A stretch of 64,000 nucleotides of DNA from Blastocystis sp. Blastoise. Lineage: Eukaryota; Protista; Bigyra: Opalinata. The DNA is taken from positions 1,265,188 through 1,329,187 of the forward strand of contig JBBPEB010000003.1 in the NCBI GenBank assembly GCA_039096225.1, written 5' to 3'. The notes beneath the pieces are model-generated. The model made no database searches. It was given only the letters and a program-made list of their open reading frames with translations, and was not told where the DNA came from. Made by a program: the position numbers and the translations under genes. Shown piece after piece: positions 13,175-38,504 of this stretch. Position 1 is the stretch's first letter, and every line of letters starts with the position of its first letter.

Positions 13175-16100
13175 ATGCAACTTGTTTTCAATGTGAAACA
13201 AGAATCCTCACTAAATATCACAATATCGAAAGAATATGATGCTATGGAGAATGAAGGTATTATTCTTTTCTATTCCAAATTGAAGAAAGAACCTCATTCT
13301 TCACCATTGACTGTTTGTTTAATTCCTAATAATACATATATCATCTCGACATCATTCTCGTATTTAAATGTTTATATATTCTTATTCTCATTTAAACTAT
13401 CTATTTTTTTTTTATAGTGATGTCTCATCAAATGATACTGCGCCTCTTCTCTCTCTTTATTATCATTCACATTTGATTGAAAAGTTAATTATACCTATCT
13501 CGAACTATTCAAACTCGTATTCATCATCTCTTGTTCATAGTATATAATATATATTTTTATTATTATGTTTTTTTTTTATCATTATTATGATAATTATCTT
13601 TATTATTATAATTATATTATTATTATAACTATATTATTATTATAACATATTATTATGATAATTATCTTAATTATTATTATCTTTATTATTATAACTATTA
13701 TTATTATAATTCTATTAATATTATAACTATATTTATTCTTCTAATAGTTCCTTCTATATTGCCTCTATATTCAAAGTTATCAAATTTTCAATGTACAACA
13801 TTTACATTATATTTCAGTTTTTCTGAACATAGAAAACCTACTTCTTATTCTATCTTGCAATATCCATCATTCAATTTATTATTTAATGATACTATACCTG
13901 TAAATCAACTAAATTATGAATTTACATATTGTTTAATTTCTGATGATTATATATTATATATACTTTCAGATATTGGAGAAACATGGGAAAATAGTTATAT
14001 AACCATAACCTTAGAGAATGGTATAAATATACTAAGAGAATCATTAGAAAGAGGACAAATTGAAGATTTTATTCCTTTCTATTTAAATCCTTTTATTCAA
14101 AAAGGAGAACAAATATGGTCCTATTGGAATACTATTACAGATCCCCCTCCTGGGTGGAACACAAATGGCTTTGATGATACTTTATGGCCTAAAAGTTTCT
14201 CTACCCAATTCCCTAGTCCTGAGGGATCCGTACAATATTATCGAACTTCTATAACTCTTTCTTCTTCTGTTTATTCGTCAATATTAGCATTAGATTTGAT
14301 TTTTTATATTTATTCAGGTATAATTGTGTATTTGAATAATATAGAAATCTTTCGATTTAATATGAATGTAAATGATAATCATTGTTACACATATATAAAT
14401 AATAAGAATAAGAATATATATATGGAAGATATAAATGAGTATTTTGATAATACTCTTTCTGATTCTTCTTCTATTTCTTCTTCTTCTATTTGTGTTACTA
14501 AAGAATATCAATATACACATATAGTAAGAACTACTATAGATCTACATAATCGTAATCTTTGGAAACAAATTGAATCCAGTACTAATCTGATTTCTGTTGA
14601 ATTACATAAATATCAATCTTTACCTAAATATAATGATTTTGATATTATTATTAATCCAATGGGTTCAACAACGAAACCTACTTTTCTACCTATATATACA
14701 ATTACTTCTTCATCTCAACCTGTCCTGACAACTACTCTTACTTCTCTTCTATCTACTTCTTTAAATACTACATATATAACTTCTTCTTCTTGTGTTGGTC
14801 TAACTATATATCTCTCTTCTACTCAAGGTCAACAATATATAGTGACTCAATATACTATTATACTTGGACATTTAAATTATATATATCCTACTTCATGGAC
14901 TTTAGAAGTATTTGATAGCATTCATAATAATTGGAAAACTATACATTCTATATATAGTTATTCTATAGTAGAAGATCAACAATCGATTACATTCTCATTT
15001 CCTAATGATTTAGCTTCTGATCAATATAGAATTATTTTCTATAAATGCGAAAGCAAACAAATGTTATATGATGATAATAATAATAATAATAGTAATATCT
15101 CAGATAATAATAGTAATATCTCAAATAATAATAATAATATCTCAAATAATAATAAAAATATCTCAGATAATAATAATAATGACGATAATAATAATATACA
15201 AGCAACTACATTATATACTGAATTAACTAGTATACAATTTTATTATACATATATACCTAAAGATTGTGAAGGTATAGATGATTTTTCTTCTTCTACTAAT
15301 AATAATCTATCTTATAAATCATGTCCTTTTGGATATATAGGTAGTTATTCTCGTTTATGTATAGGAAACCACTTAGAAGATACAATTAAAACAAATTGTA
15401 TTCTTTCTCCTCCTTATGATCTTTCTATACCTAATACTTATTCTACTAAAACATATATGTGGATATCTATTCCTATTACTATTCAAGGTCTATATATGAA
15501 TATTACTATTACTCCTTCTCTTCCTTCTACACTCACATTTTCATTAGAACAACAACTTTTATATGGATATATTAAAGATTATTCTTTTACTAAATATATA
15601 TTTACATTTTCGAATCCCGCGGGAATGATTCAAAGTACATTATCGTTAGTAGCTACAGAATTAAATTGTAGAGCTGATGGCATTTGGCCAGAATCACATG
15701 TGAATTCTACTATTCAAACATCATGTACGGATGATTCATTCGAAGGATATATACAACGCACGTGCTTTCTAGATGATACTAACCAATCAAAATGGTCCTC
15801 AATTATTTCTTATTGTATGCCTAAAAAACCTTCTATCGCTTATTCTACTTCTATATATACATTTTATTTACATGTATCCATTTCTCCATTATACCCTATA
15901 TTTTCTCATGGTTTAATGGCTACATTCTTTGTTACTCCTTCTCTTCCTGAAGGATTATCATTAAATACAACAACGGGTGTTATTTCTGGTATACCCAATA
16001 ATCTTATGGCATCTACTCCTTATTTAGTACATATAAAGAATGCAGGAGGAACAGATAGTATATTATTAAGACTACAAATAGTAAAAGCTATATGTAATAA

Positions 16101-17832
16101 AGAAGGTGAATGGGTTGCTACTATTGTTGGAGAAATTGCTACTGCACCTTGCTTAGAGAGTAATCAACAAGGAAATAGGATACGTTTCTGTCAAGATACA
16201 AATCCCCCTCAATGGAGTTCAATTACAGATACTTGTAAACCTTACACTCCTGTATTATTATATCCTACATATGGTATAGAAGGTATATTGAAATCTCCAT
16301 TAAAACCACTGGTACCATCATTTCTATCTACAAGTATTCTTCCACCTCAAATTAAACCAGAACTCCCCGCGGGAATCACAATAAATAATACATATTGTAT
16401 ATTTGGTACTCCTAGTGTTTCTCTTCCTCTTACTACATTTTATATTACTATTCGTTTAAATGATATTACTACTACAATTCCTATTACTATTGTTATTAAG
16501 AAGAATATGTGTGCTGCTGATTCTCCATGGAATAGTATTTCTACTGGTGAAACACAAACGATTCCCTGTTCAAATTCAGAATTATATACTGGATATCAAT
16601 CACGTGATTGTTTAGAATCCCCCACTCCTCATTGGGGAAACATTACTGTTAATTGTGTTCCCAAACCTCCAACAGTATTTTATCCTGAATCTAGTATTAT
16701 AAGTACTGTTTTATCTCCTTTGAAACCACTTATTCCTATATATACAGGTGCAGAATTATCTCATTATACAATTGATCCTCTTCCTCCTTCTTCTCTTCAT
16801 TTTAATATTTCCACGGGAATTCTTACAGGAACACCACAAGAAGAAATTCATGATATATATACAATACAATTAATAAATGTTAGAGGGGATCAGACTTCAT
16901 TTATTATTTCTATTTCTATCTCTTATATTTATTGTGAAAAAGATAATATTTGGGATAAGACGCAACGTGGAGAAACTATATATTTATCATGCCCTTTAAA
17001 ACAATATGGTATTCAATGGAGAACATGCCATTCCCGCGGGAATGAGGCTTATTGGGGTCGAATAGAAAATTCAAATTGTCAAGAGACTACATTCTTTGAG
17101 TTAAATCAAAATGAAAATGCTGTGCTATTTATTAAATTAATATTAAATAATATAACAAGAAGTCAATTCGAAGATCCTTTTACTCAATATCAATTTATTT
17201 CTTTATTTGATTTATTTATGAATCAATTAACATTTCCTTTAGGATCTTTATATATTACTAATATATCTCCTTATCAATCTATATATACACATTCGTTATT
17301 AATTACACTAAACTTAAAAACATTTCAGAAAACTTCAGAAACTCTCCTTGCTGCTTTAGTGCAATATATAAATCAAAATAATAATACATTTATTTCAATA
17401 TGTAAAGAAAATCATTATATATATTTACAACATCTTCAATCTATAGAATTATCTTCTTCATCTCTTGTTTCTTCATCAAATTTCTCTTCTATTTCTATAC
17501 TTATTTATTGTATTATAGCTGTTCTTCTTCTTGCTATTCTTATTCCTTGTTGTATATCGATATATAATCAAACAACAGAAAAGAAGAATAAGAATAAGAA
17601 TAAAAATAATAATATAATTGATATATGCTTCTGTTTACCAAAGAAAATACATTCTTATAATCATATTCATAAAGATGATATTCAAAATATAGAAGAAGAA
17701 AATAATCATGGGAATAATAATGAACATATTCATAGAAACTCTATTCCTCATGAAGATAATCGCGGGAATATAGTTCAAATGATTCCACTTCAAGTTATTC
17801 CTGATAAAGAACATATTTACCCTCCTTTTTAA
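13175..17832 (+). CDS. Large type-I membrane surface protein with putative-Ig (He_PIG-like) domains alternating with Cys-rich CxxDGxWP..G..R.C..W repeats; true start probably upstream (about 12861-13175)
   Basis: 1357-aa terminal exon. PSLPEGLSLNTTTGVISGIP and similar PIG motifs occur about 4 times; Cys modules include CRADGIWPES, CNKEGEWVAT, CAADSPWNS and CEKDNIWDKT. TM helix ISILIYCIIAVLLLAILIPCC near the C-terminus. Confidence 0.75.
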
Positions 17833-18327
17833 ATTATTATTATATATATATATTTTTTTTATTTCTTAAATTTTTATATGTATATATTTATATTTGCTAC
17901 ATATGTGTATATTTTGTATTCTATGTATATATGATATATATGTATATATTTATATATATATATATATTTTATTTTTGTTTTCTTACTTCCTATCTGTTTC
18001 AATGATTCATTAAATATAAATAATAAAATTTTTGTATATATACAAAAATAAATAGTTTATATTGTTATATATTAGTTTTTATTTCATTTCAATTCATTTT
18101 GAATATTCTGTTTTTCTTTTTTTATAATTTTTGTTTTGTTAATAGATAGATTCTCAAAGAAAATGCCAAAAAAGTTAAAAAGTAAAAGAGAAAAAAAAAT
18201 ATATTGTTTTTTTAACAAAATATAAACTATACATAGAATATATAGAAGACAAAAAAAAAATAACACATATAAATATAAATAATGAAATAACAATATAAAT
18301 GAATGACGGACAACACAAATTTCAATT

Positions 18328-19554
18328 TTAATTCTTCTTTTTATTCATAAATTTTTTCTATAGAAATAATAATTTTTATTAATAATAATATATGTTTAAT
18401 AGTGATTAGAAATAGAATAACTTTTTAGTCTAATGTATCAAATAAACATATATATATAGTAATATTGGTTTTAATATATATATAGTGTATATATATATAT
18501 ATAATGTTTACCAAAATTACATAATTAAAATATTATTATAATTATATACTTGAACAGGCTTAGATTGTTGAACTGGCTTAGATTTCTCTATATATATGTA
18601 TATATAATATATAATAATAATATATATATATACTTTGTGTATTCACTTTATTATTTTGCTTAAAGTTATTATTCTTGTTATTCTTATTATTATTATTCTT
18701 ATTATTCTTATTCTTATTATTATTCTTATTATTATTTTTATTATTATTATTCTTATTTTGTTTATTAAATTGATTAGATTTTTGTTTCTTTATTTGTTTT
18801 GAAACAGGCTTTTTAACTTCTTCTTCTTCTTCTTCTTCTTCACTATTATCATCATCTATCATTTCTTCTTCTTCATCTTCACTATTATTACTATCTATCA
18901 TTTCTTCTTCTTCTTCTTCTTCTTCTTCTTCTTCTTCTTCTTCTTCTTCTTCTTCTTCATCATCACCGCTATTAATACTTTCAAAATCATCAGCTAAAAT
19001 ACCATCACTCTCTTCTTCTTCTTCTTCTTCTTCTTCTTCTTCACTATTATTATCATTATCCATAATCAATTCTTCTTCTTCATCATCATCTTCACTATTA
19101 TTATTATTCTTTTGTTGTTTATTATATTTCTTATTCTTATTTGGTTTTTCTTGGACTTTATCTTCTTCATCTATTTCACCTGTAACACGTAACATATCAT
19201 TTATATCAAACTATATATATATATATCATATTACTAGTATATATATATATATATATATACACCATATTCATTATCATCATCAGCTTCTTCAGGTTCCTCA
19301 TTATCTTTCTATATATATAATAATAATAAATATAATAATAATAAAAATATAATAAAAATTAAAATATAATAATAATACATATAAAAATATACATCAGTTC
19401 CTTTATTATTTCTCTTAGCAATCTTAGCTTGAGTTTGAGCTAAAAGTTTTTTATATTTTCTACCATTCACATGAGCTTCAACTTCTTCAGGAATCTAAAT
19501 AAAAAATATATAAAAATAAAAATAAAAATAAAATAAAATAAAAACAAAAATAAA

Positions 19555-19585
<31 letters not shown>

Positions 19586-19595
19586 TAAAAATAAA

Positions 19596-19626
<31 letters not shown>

Positions 19627-20011
19627 TAAAAATAAAAATAAAAATAAAAAATAAAAATAAAATCACCATACTTTATTTAAAATTTGTTTTGTAATAGTAC
19701 AAAATAACTTCTTACTATCTTTCTTGTGAGGAATAATCCATGGTTCATATTTTGTAAAATCTTGAGAATACCTAATAAAAAAGAAAAACAAAAATAACAT
19801 AAAATGTAAAAAAACAAGTATATAATAAAAAATAAAGAGAAATTTACCATTCTTTAGCTTTTAAATATTTCTTAGTTGTCATATATTTATTGACTTCCTC
19901 CATTTTTAAAGGTAAATCATGACCTGTTAATTTACAATGGACTTTTCCATTAGGTCCAAATTCAAATTCACTACTACTCTCGACAAACTTCAATAATTCA
20001 GCCTCTACCAT
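18328..20011 (-). CDS. SURF2: Surfeit locus protein 2 homolog with acidic/Asn-rich tail
   Basis: Spliced translation MVEAELLKFV..GKVHCKLTGHDLPLK..YMTTKKY..DFTKYEPWIIPHKKDSKKLFCTITKQILNK..IPEEVEAHVNGRKYKK matches SURF2 Zn-finger motifs. Final exon KKFMNKKKN* is tentative. Confidence 0.85.
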
Positions 20012-20199
20012 ATTCAATACCTTTCCTTTGAAAAGAAAATAACTATTATAGAATTATATATTTTTTGTTGGTTAAATTATGGAAATCCGAATAACCACGG
20101 TAATTTTTGGTTTATTAGGCAAAATTAAATAAATTTACTTTTTTAATTAAACAGCACTTTTCATTCTTACTTGTTTCTTTTCGTGAAGGTTTTGTGATA

Positions 20200-21470
20200 A
20201 TGATTCGTTCTTTATTCTCTTTGACAGCTACAAGAGTTCCTCAAGCTATAAAAGCATTTAGTTGTTGTAATGCAGTTCAAAGTAATTATGCAAAGTTTAT
20301 GACACCAAGATTATTTGCTTCTGAAGCAGAAACAGTTTCATTACCTTCTAATCTTAGTGTTGATAATGCAGAAATTTTTGTTAGAAAAGAAGAAAAAGTA
20401 ATGGATCCTTCAATGGTAAATGTTAAAGAAATGGATGTTTTACCGTTATTTAATCCTAATTACTCTGGAGAAACTAAGGTTATTTTAAACAATGAGATAT
20501 TTGGTGTTCCCGTTCGTGAAGATATTATTCATCGTGTTATTGTTTGGCAATTAGCTAAAAAAAGAGCGGGTAATCATAAAACAAAATCAAGAAGTGAAGT
20601 TTCAGGAAGTAATAGAAAAATACTTCAACAAAAAGGAAGTGGTAATGCCAGAGCTGGCCAATTTAGGTATATATATAATATTTTTTTTAATAATATTAAC
20701 TCTATATATTTCATATGTTTTTTATAATAATAACTATATATATATATATAGATCTAATATTCGTCGTCATGGTTATAAAGCTATGGGTGCACATTTAAGA
20801 GATTATGATTATACACTTCCTTATAGAGGTATATAAAGGTTATTATTATATTTATTATATTTATTATATTTATTATGTTTATTATGTTTATTATGTTTAT
20901 TATACTTATTATACTTATTAATATTATACTTATTAATAATAATATATGTATATATATAGTTCGTGCATTAGGTCTTCGATGTGCTTTAAGCAGCAAATGG
21001 AGTGAAGGTCTTTTAACTATTATTTCGGATACTGATGTAGCTGTATATATATATTATATTCTATATTCTATATATTATATTCTATATTTTCTATATTCTA
21101 TATATTTTCTATTTTCTATATTCTATATATTATATATAGACTCCTAAATCAAAGGATATAGTAAGTATATTAACTAAAGCAGGTCTCATTGAACATGAAT
21201 TCTCTAAAACACCTTGTCTTATTATTGATGGTATATACTATATATTATATAGTATATATTATGTTTTATATATCATATTATATATTATATATTATATATA
21301 TAGGACCTGAAAAGAATGATAATTTCACATTTGCTACACAAAATGTTCCTGTAATTAATTATTTACCTTGCCAAGGTATGAATGTATTTGATATTATTAA
21401 AAATAAACATTTAATAATAACTAAAAAAGGATTAGAAGCTATTAACAAACGTTTAGAACCTTATTTATAA
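20200..21470 (+). CDS. MRPL4: Mitochondrion/MRO-targeted ribosomal protein uL4m (L4)
   Basis: IFGVPVREDIIHRVIVWQLAKKRAGNHKTKSRSEVSGSNRKILQQKGSGNARAG, VRALGLRCALSSK and GMNVFDIIKNKHLIITK are L4 signatures. Basic, acid-poor N-terminal presequence; about 5 exons. Confidence 0.93.
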
Positions 21471-22078
21471 ATATAAATATATATGTATATATAATTATTA
21501 ATGGATTCTTTTATTTTCTAATTTGTCTTCTCTTTCTATATTATTTTCAATAATATGAATCATGTTCTTTTTTCTCTTTTTATCATATATATATATATAT
21601 ATATTATTTATATAAACATGTATTTCTATCTATTGGGTTCTTCTCTTAAAGAAAAAAATAGTCTAATTATTACATATCATTATCAACTTATTGCTGGATA
21701 TGTCTTCTTTTATTATTTATATATTGTATTTCAATTCATACAAATCGTTCTATTATAAGAACACAACCTAGTACTTCATTTATTGACAATTTCTATACAT
21801 GACTTCTCTTTTTTTTTAAATCAGAGAAACCAATTTTATTCCATGTTTTTCGATTCCCTTGATTATAGTGGATAAATAAGTAGATTATTTTAACTCATCG
21901 TTTCTTTCGGGAAATGACACGTCTCTAAATACAATTACTCATCCAATGACTTATTCAATTAAGTAATATAAATATAATAGTATTCTCTTTCGTTCCATAA
22001 TTCTCTTATTTCATGGTATGCGTCATCAATACATTCCTTATTGTTGTGTTTTCACATTACCATTCAAATTACAAAATA

Positions 22079-23374
22079 TAGAGATTTACAAAAAACCGTA
22101 TATGAATATATCACCGCTTTTTTTTTGAGAAAACCGTATATACGGTTTTTTCATTTCTCAGTCAAAATTCCATATTCGGTTTTAAAACCGTATATGAATT
22201 TTATTTTACTTATATAAAGTCAAATATTAATTTTTTAAAATTGTTTTTTGTTTTATAAGTGTTATATCAGGCTTATTCATATATTTAAGTTATTTCTTGA
22301 TATTCTTTTAGAAATATTTTATTATTAATTAGATTATATAGACAATAAAGAGATTTAAGCTTAATCTAGTCATATTACAAACATATAATAACTGTTTCTG
22401 ATAATCTCAAGCAAGTTATGGGTAGATTAAACTCTATTGATAGTAATCACTTTTTGTCCATTTTGATTGAATCAGTTAATTGTTCTTATTCAATACTCTA
22501 ATCTGCGTTTATCAATATAAAATGAAGTAACTTCTTTTGGAAATACAATGAATCCGTGACTATAACATTTTTTTACATTATCGGCTATATTTGACTCTAT
22601 ATTATAAATAATTACATAATATGATATATATCATCACTTCTCAATGTATTTTATAATATTATTATAATTTCATTGAAATTTATCTATCATAAAATGAATG
22701 ATGTTTTTTATTCTCTTAAATACTAGTTATAGCTATATTAAAAGCATGAAATATTTATATAGAGAGATATAAAGTATAAATGAATCATTACTACTATTAA
22801 TGAGTCAAATAAAAATAGAATCAATGTACAATTAGTGAAAATGTAATATCAGTTATAATTTATGATATGTAATTATTTATGAAGATGTTGACATGATAGA
22901 GCACATTAATCTGAAAGATATTAAAAACATTTCACAGAATATGTAGTTTTTTAAAGCTCATCAAATGTTGATTATATTAGTTTATTGTGTATTAAATAGC
23001 ATTTATAGTAAAGGAGAAATATTATAGTATAAAAAATATCAAATTAAATAATTAATTGCTTATAAAATAGTACTTATATCATGAGTATTTCAACAATATT
23101 AGTTTTTACATATATACATAACATAATTAACATTATCATAATATAGTAAACAATAAATTCGAAGATACTTTGTGAACAATGTCAACAAATGGAATTGTTT
23201 CTTTTTTTTCTAAGTTTCTTTCTATTACAACTATAATTCTTATGAATATACATAATTAATAAACAATAAAAAAAAAACATTAAAAGAGATATAAGTAAAA
23301 TAAAAAACCGTATATACGGTTTTCTCAAAAAAAAACCGGTGATATATTCATATACGGTTTTTTGTAAATCTCTA
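22079..23374. mobile_element. Non-autonomous hAT DNA transposon (MITE-like), 1296 bp
   Basis: 73-bp terminal inverted repeats (22079-22151 and 23302-23374, 1 mismatch) starting TAGAGATTT; perfect 8-bp TSD ACAAAATA (22071-22078 and 23375-23382); repeated AAAACCGTATAT motifs; no internal coding capacity. Confidence 0.92.
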
Positions 23375-23451
23375 ACAAAATACACAAAAAAAAAAAATAA
23401 AACCCTATTTATTATTATTTTTTTATTTATTGTTTTGTTATTAAAAAAGAA

Positions 23452-24429
23452 ATGAAATTTATATTATCTTTATTTTTAATTAGTGTAGCTCTCTCTTTAG
23501 CTCATAGTAATGCTTATTATCAAGCTCAATTTGGTGCTTATCTAGGTGCTCATCAAAAATCTTATGATGAAAGAGAATATAGATATCGTCAAAATGTTTT
23601 TGCTAAGAATTTAGATTATATTAATGAAGAAAATACCAAAGGACATTCTTATACTTTAGGTCTTACTCAATTTACTGATTTAACTAATGAAGAATTTAAA
23701 GCTAAAATCGCTACTGGTCTTTTAAAAGATAATCTTAGAGCTAAGAAGGAACCTACTGTTTTACCTACTGATAATCTTCCTGAATCTGTTGATTGGAGAG
23801 AAAAGAATGCTGTTACTCCTATTAAGAATCAAGGTGAATGTGGTTCTTGTTGGGCTTTCTCTACTGTAGGTTCTATTGAAGGTGCTTATGCTGTTAAAAC
23901 TGGTAAATTATATAATCTTGCTGAACAACAACTTGTTGATTGTGATACTAGAGATCATGGTTGTTGGGGAGGTAAACAAACTTGGGCTTTTGGTGAACTT
24001 ATGAATACTGATGGTATTTGTGAAACTTCTGAATATCCTTATAAAGCTGAAAGAGGTGAATGTCAAAAAGATAAAGTTACTCCTGTTGTTGCTATTCAAG
24101 ATTATAATACTGTACCTACTGAAAATGGACTTCAATTAAAGGCTGCTCTTGCTCGTGCTCCTGTTGCTGTTAGTATTTCTGCTGGTGATGAATTTATTCA
24201 ACATTATACTGGTGGTGTTTTTGATAATGATGATTGCTTTAATATGCCTGATCATGCCGTCTTAGCTACTGGATATGGTATCTCTGAAGGTAAACCTTTT
24301 GTTTGGATTAAAAACTCTTGGGGTGAAGATTGGGGTATGAAAGGTTATATGCAACTTGTTCTTGTTGAAGAAGGTGAAGGTGTTTGTGCTCTTAATGTTG
24401 ATTGCTCTTATCCTATTGTTAAAGCTTAA
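23452..24429 (+). CDS. Cathepsin L-like papain (C1A) cysteine protease, pre-pro form, intronless
   Basis: Signal peptide; I29 prodomain (ERFNIN-like, [10 protein letters not shown]); LPESVDWRE; [11 protein letters not shown] (Cys), [10 protein letters not shown] (His), KNSWG (Asn). Confidence 0.96.
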   Translation: MKFILSLFLISVALSLAHSNAYYQAQFGAYLGAHQKSYDEREYRYRQNVFAKNLDYINEENTKGHSYTLGLTQFTDLTNEEFKAKIATGLLKDNLRAKKEPTVLPTDNLPESVDWREKNAVTPIKNQGECGSCWAFSTVGSIEGAYAVKTGKLYNLAEQQLVDCDTRDHGCWGGKQTWAFGELMNTDGICETSEYPYKAERGECQKDKVTPVVAIQDYNTVPTENGLQLKAALARAPVAVSISAGDEFIQHYTGGVFDNDDCFNMPDHAVLATGYGISEGKPFVWIKNSWGEDWGMKGYMQLVLVEEGEGVCALNVDCSYPIVKA

Positions 24430-24882
24430 AGAATGATAATTATTATTTATTTTTTTTTAATTTTTACTATAATTTATATTTTTATTCTTTAAAATAATTT
24501 TACATTGTATTCTTTGTATTTTTATTTCTTATTTAAATATAGAATAATATAATTAAATCGTCATATCTTAGTATTTCCAATTATTAATGGATCATTCACA
24601 AGATATTTTAATCACTCTTTTTAATATTATTGTTTTGTTCATTGTATTCTATAAGGAATACATCTTTTGAATCGTTTTAAATAAATCACTTTTTTTTTGT
24701 GATCTACAATGGGGAAACTTTAAATTCCCGAAGTTATTTTGCTTTTTTATTATGAAAATTCTGAAATAATCATGAATGTAAAGGGAGACTTCTTTTTTGT
24801 ATCTCATATCTTAGATCTCGAAATACAATACAACCCCTTTGAACGAAATGCTATTCTTTTTTTATTTGTGTAAATAAGAAAT

Positions 24883-28534
<3,652 letters not shown>

Positions 28535-29036
28535 TAAACAACCATTATTATATTATATATATAATATGATATTCTCGTTTTTCTTTGTTTTGTTTAATAA
28601 AAATATATTTTTTTGATTAAAAATGGATAATAAGCAGAATAAAAAGACTATTTTAATTGCTTTAAATAAAACTGGTAACAAATACTTAGTATTCCTGTTT
28701 TTATATACATATTGATAGAAAAGAATAAAAATTACAGTATTCTGTAGAATATAATGAAATAATTAATATCCTTAAATAGGGATTTTATTTACAAACAATA
28801 CTAAACTCAATAATATTATAAATAAATTTATTTCACATAAAGTAGTATATATAACATTAAATTTATTGAAAAAAAAATATTTTTTAAATAGCCACAAAAT
28901 TAGGGTCATTTAAAAATAATAATATAATTTATTAAAAAAGTGATTACAATAGAAAAATTGAAAAGAAAAGAATTATAAATAATGCTAATTATATGTTATA
29001 ATTATGAATAAAAATTATATCTATAATTATAATAAT

Positions 29037-29073
<37 letters not shown>

Positions 29074-29302
29074 TACACATATTCATGAAATATGATAAAA
29101 GAAAAAAATAATAATATAATATAAAATATAAATATAGAAATAAAGAGTGAAAAAGTATGTATGTATATAAATTGAAGGATATGTATGATTAATTTACTTA
29201 TAGTACAGTTTATATAAATAATAATAATAATAATATTATATATATATTAAATATTATTCAAATGATATAAGATATGACATAAATAAATAATAATATATAA
29301 TA

Positions 29303-36739
<7,437 letters not shown>

Positions 36740-36960
36740 GTATTTGTTTGATGGTTATTAAAACTTCGAAAACGACTAATAACAACACACAAATTTCTTT
36801 ATAAAAAGAAATCAAAAATTTATATTATATGAATAAAGCGGATTTAATACGGAGGGTTTCATGATTATAAGCAATTATTCGCAACGTTTTCTTGAAACAT
36901 TTGTTATTATTATTTTTAAGATTTTTGAGTATAATAATTGTATTCATAGATTCATAAGAT

Positions 36961-37997
36961 ATGAGTTCAGGTGTATGTATAGGTATACAACAATTTCTAA
37001 TGAGTTTATTGTAGTTTAATTGGGAAGATGTTCGTATGGACAAACAAAGAGATCATTATTTAGGTTGTTCAGTAAAGGCTCCTATAGGTTTCGCTAATAA
37101 AAGTATGTTGAATACTATTATTGATGCTAATTATTCATTTTTGTAATTATCTTTAGATAAAGATTTATTTTGGTATGCAAAAGAAAGAAAGAAGCCAACT
37201 CAAGAAGACTTGGAAATGATCAAGGTATGTTATTTGATGTGTTTGTTTATTAACTTTGAGAAATTAGTATTTTTTGAGTGATTTGTCATATTATGTAAGC
37301 AAAGGTTCTAAATGTTGTATTTATATATAGAAGCAAGAAAAAATAGCATTATTAGAAGCACTTGGACTTCCTGTTCCTGATGAATTACGTGTACAGAAGA
37401 AATTAAATAATGATGAAATGAAGATGCTTTTATCTCGTGAGAAAGGTACAGAAGATGACGGTGAACGTTTACAAGGACTTGGGTCTGCTCCTGTACCTCA
37501 ATTTGATGTTGTTGACGAAGTATGTTGTTATTATTATTTATATATTATTCTATATATATAATAATAATTATTTATATATAATTATTTATATATAATTATT
37601 TATATATAATTATTTATATATAATTATTTATATATAATTATTATTATTTATATTCAATATTATTTATATAAATTATACTTAATTCTCTTCTATATTATAA
37701 TATATATAGCATCTAATAGAAAATCCTAAAAAGAAGACTTCCTCTTCTAATACCAAAAATATATCAAAAGAAGAGAATAAACAATCTTATAATACTACTA
37801 AAGCTTATAAATCACATTCTAAATCAAGATCTATTTCTCGTTCTCCTTCTAAAACACAATCAATTACGCATAAACATTCTATACATCATCATGAACATTC
37901 TAGAGATCTGTCATCGACGCGTCATCATCGACACAGTCGTCATCATCATCATCATTCCACATCAAGAGATTCATCTAGACATTTACATCATCATTAA
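36961..37997 (+). CDS. MMTAG2: Multiple myeloma tumor-associated protein 2 (C1orf35) homolog; absent from the ORF track
   Basis: Spliced MSSG|[29 protein letters not shown]|.[17 protein letters not shown]|[16 protein letters not shown] matches the MMTAG2 N-terminal domain; Ser/His/Arg-rich tail. Start exon is tentative. Confidence 0.82.
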
Positions 37998-38059
37998 TAT
38001 ATACATATATATTTAAAAGATTATATTCTAAAACACAATTTTTTGTTTAGTTTCTTTCT

Positions 38060-38265
38060 TTTTTTAAATATATAAAACAATACATTTTTAATAAAACAAT
38101 TATTTCAATTTTTAAATATATAAAACAATACATTTTTAATATAATAATTACTTTTTATTTTAAATATAAAAAACAAAACAATACATTTTTAATATAATAA
38201 TTATTTTCTATTTTAAATATAAAAAACAAAACAATACAATTTTAATATAATAATTATTTTCTATT
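38060..38265. repeat. Degenerate ~47-50 bp tandem repeat (TTTTAAATATA..AAAACAATACATTTTTAATATAATAATTA), about 4 copies
   Basis: Direct reading; lies between the convergent 3' ends of MMTAG2 and pyruvate carboxylase. Confidence 0.7.
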
Positions 38266-38504
38266 TTTTTTTTACGATTCTCAAATAAAATAAATTTTGA
38301 TTAATACATATATATTCAAATATACATATATTAATTCAATAAAACAATAATGATATATAAAAGATAATAAATATACAATTATAAAATAAAAAACAATAAC
38401 AATAACAAAAAAAAGATATATAAATATTAAAAACAACTAAGAATATTCCATCTATATACTCAGCTCAATCTTAAATGGATTATATAAATTAAGTTTCAAC
38501 AAAT

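Noticed and set aside
23182-23385. 67-aa ORF at the MITE end
   Set aside because: Chance reading of the TIR; no transposase similarity.
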